Made by a program: the position numbers and the translations under genes
Shown here: one piece after another, positions 63,043-64,000 of the stretch
How positions within the stretch are numbered: position 1 is the stretch's first letter
Layout of the letters: every line of letters starts with the position of its first letter
DNA from: Eledone cirrhosa
Lineage: Eukaryota
Direction: 5' to 3'
NCBI GenBank assembly: GCA_964016885.1
Contig: OZ024743.1
Span: forward strand, 291,586,001 to 291,650,000
Length of the DNA: 64,000 nucleotides
Notes under the pieces: model-generated
What the model was told of the DNA's origin: nothing
Databases searched by the model: none
The model's input: only the letters and a program-made list of their open reading frames with translations

Positions 63043-63319
63043 GTGTTTTCTAAGTTTAAGACAGTAGGGAGGGTTGTGATATGAGGGAGAGTTAGCTGTT
63101 GTTTCTAGCCGGTTTAGTGACCTCATAGAAGATATGTTTTCTAAATTTAAGACAGTAGAGAGGGGTGTGATATGGGGGAGAGTTAGCTGCTGTTTCTAGC
63201 AGGTTTAGTAACCTCATAGAGGATATGTGTTTTCTAAATTTAAGACAGTAGGGAGGGGTGTGATATGGGGGAGAGTTAGCTGCTGTTTCTAGCAGGTTTA
63301 GTGACCTCATAGAGGATAT
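63043..63319. repeat. Minisatellite, 3 x ~92 bp
   Basis: ttttctaaatttaagacagtagggagggg...gacctcatagaggatat repeated three times. Confidence 0.9.
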
Positions 63320-63339
63320 TATTGTTTATCATTATCTAT

Positions 63340-63495
63340 ACATGCTTTCCAGCATAGTTACGTCCTCCCTTTACAGTCTGAGTTCAAATCCCGCCGAGGT
63401 TAACTTTGCCTTTCATCCTTACGGGGTCGATAAAATAAAGTACCAGTAATGTACTGGGTAATTGATGGCCTTGTGCCAAAAGTAGAAACAATTAT
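63340..63495 (+). mobile_element. SINE (MetaSINE-like)
   Basis: gagttcaaatcccgccgaggttaactttgcctttcatccttacggggtcgataaaataaagtaccag. Confidence 0.8.
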
Positions 63496-64000
63496 CTATA
63501 AAAGGCAGATTGTTGTTGTTGTTGTTGAAGTGAGTGTGTGTTTGTATGCGTTTGGAAAAGAGGTTTTAAAAAAGATTTATCGCTTGTTGTTGAATAAATG
63601 TATCTGTTGCTTTTGAATAATTGTCGTTTCGTATGAAATGTAATAATTGTTCGGACAGTATGACCATCAAGCTTGGAAAGAGAAAGTAGCAGAAAGTATG
63701 AAGTTGTATAGATTTTGAATAGTAGTGGAAAGAGTTTAGCAGTTTAAATGACAGAGGAAAATCGTAAAATATTGAGTGTTATCTATTTTTTGCGTAATTG
63801 TGGGTGAAATTGAAAAAATTAGATGTGCCAAGAAGCAATCGATGTTATTTCGAATACTGAATTGCAAATTTCAATTGAAGAAATTCTATATCGTAGATTT
63901 CTATAAGAAAGGAGCATGACCACACACTGAGCTTTATAGATTATGATATATAACTATAATTATAAATACTATTATTAGTATATATATATATATATATATA

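Noticed and set aside
63043-63319. CRISPR-like array
   Set aside because: Whole ~92-bp units repeat with no unique spacers; eukaryotic context and no cas genes

Overview
AT-rich, microsatellite-dense animal DNA. The SINE family, (TTAGGG)n and composition suggest a cephalopod such as Octopus, which is an inference. I cannot support any host protein-coding gene. The window is mostly retroelements: a near-intact Tx1/L1-clade LINE (30881-36707) back-to-back with two R4/Dong-like copies in one (ATT)n tract, a decayed CRE-like element, a full-length but disabled Gypsy LTR element (tRNA-Trp PBS, GGGAAAC frameshift site, TG...AA termini), several Penelope-like elements (PLEs), MetaSINE-like SINEs and a Helitron-type end. 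The most striking pattern is about a dozen hammerhead-ribozyme motifs, from near-intact to decayed. Many sit in short, ORF-less fold-back units beside (TA)n tracts, and they include a recurrent CCGANGA core variant and a long stem-II form. There are also recent inverted duplications at (TA)n tracts, one fused to an interstitial telomeric array. All alignments and folds were done by eye.
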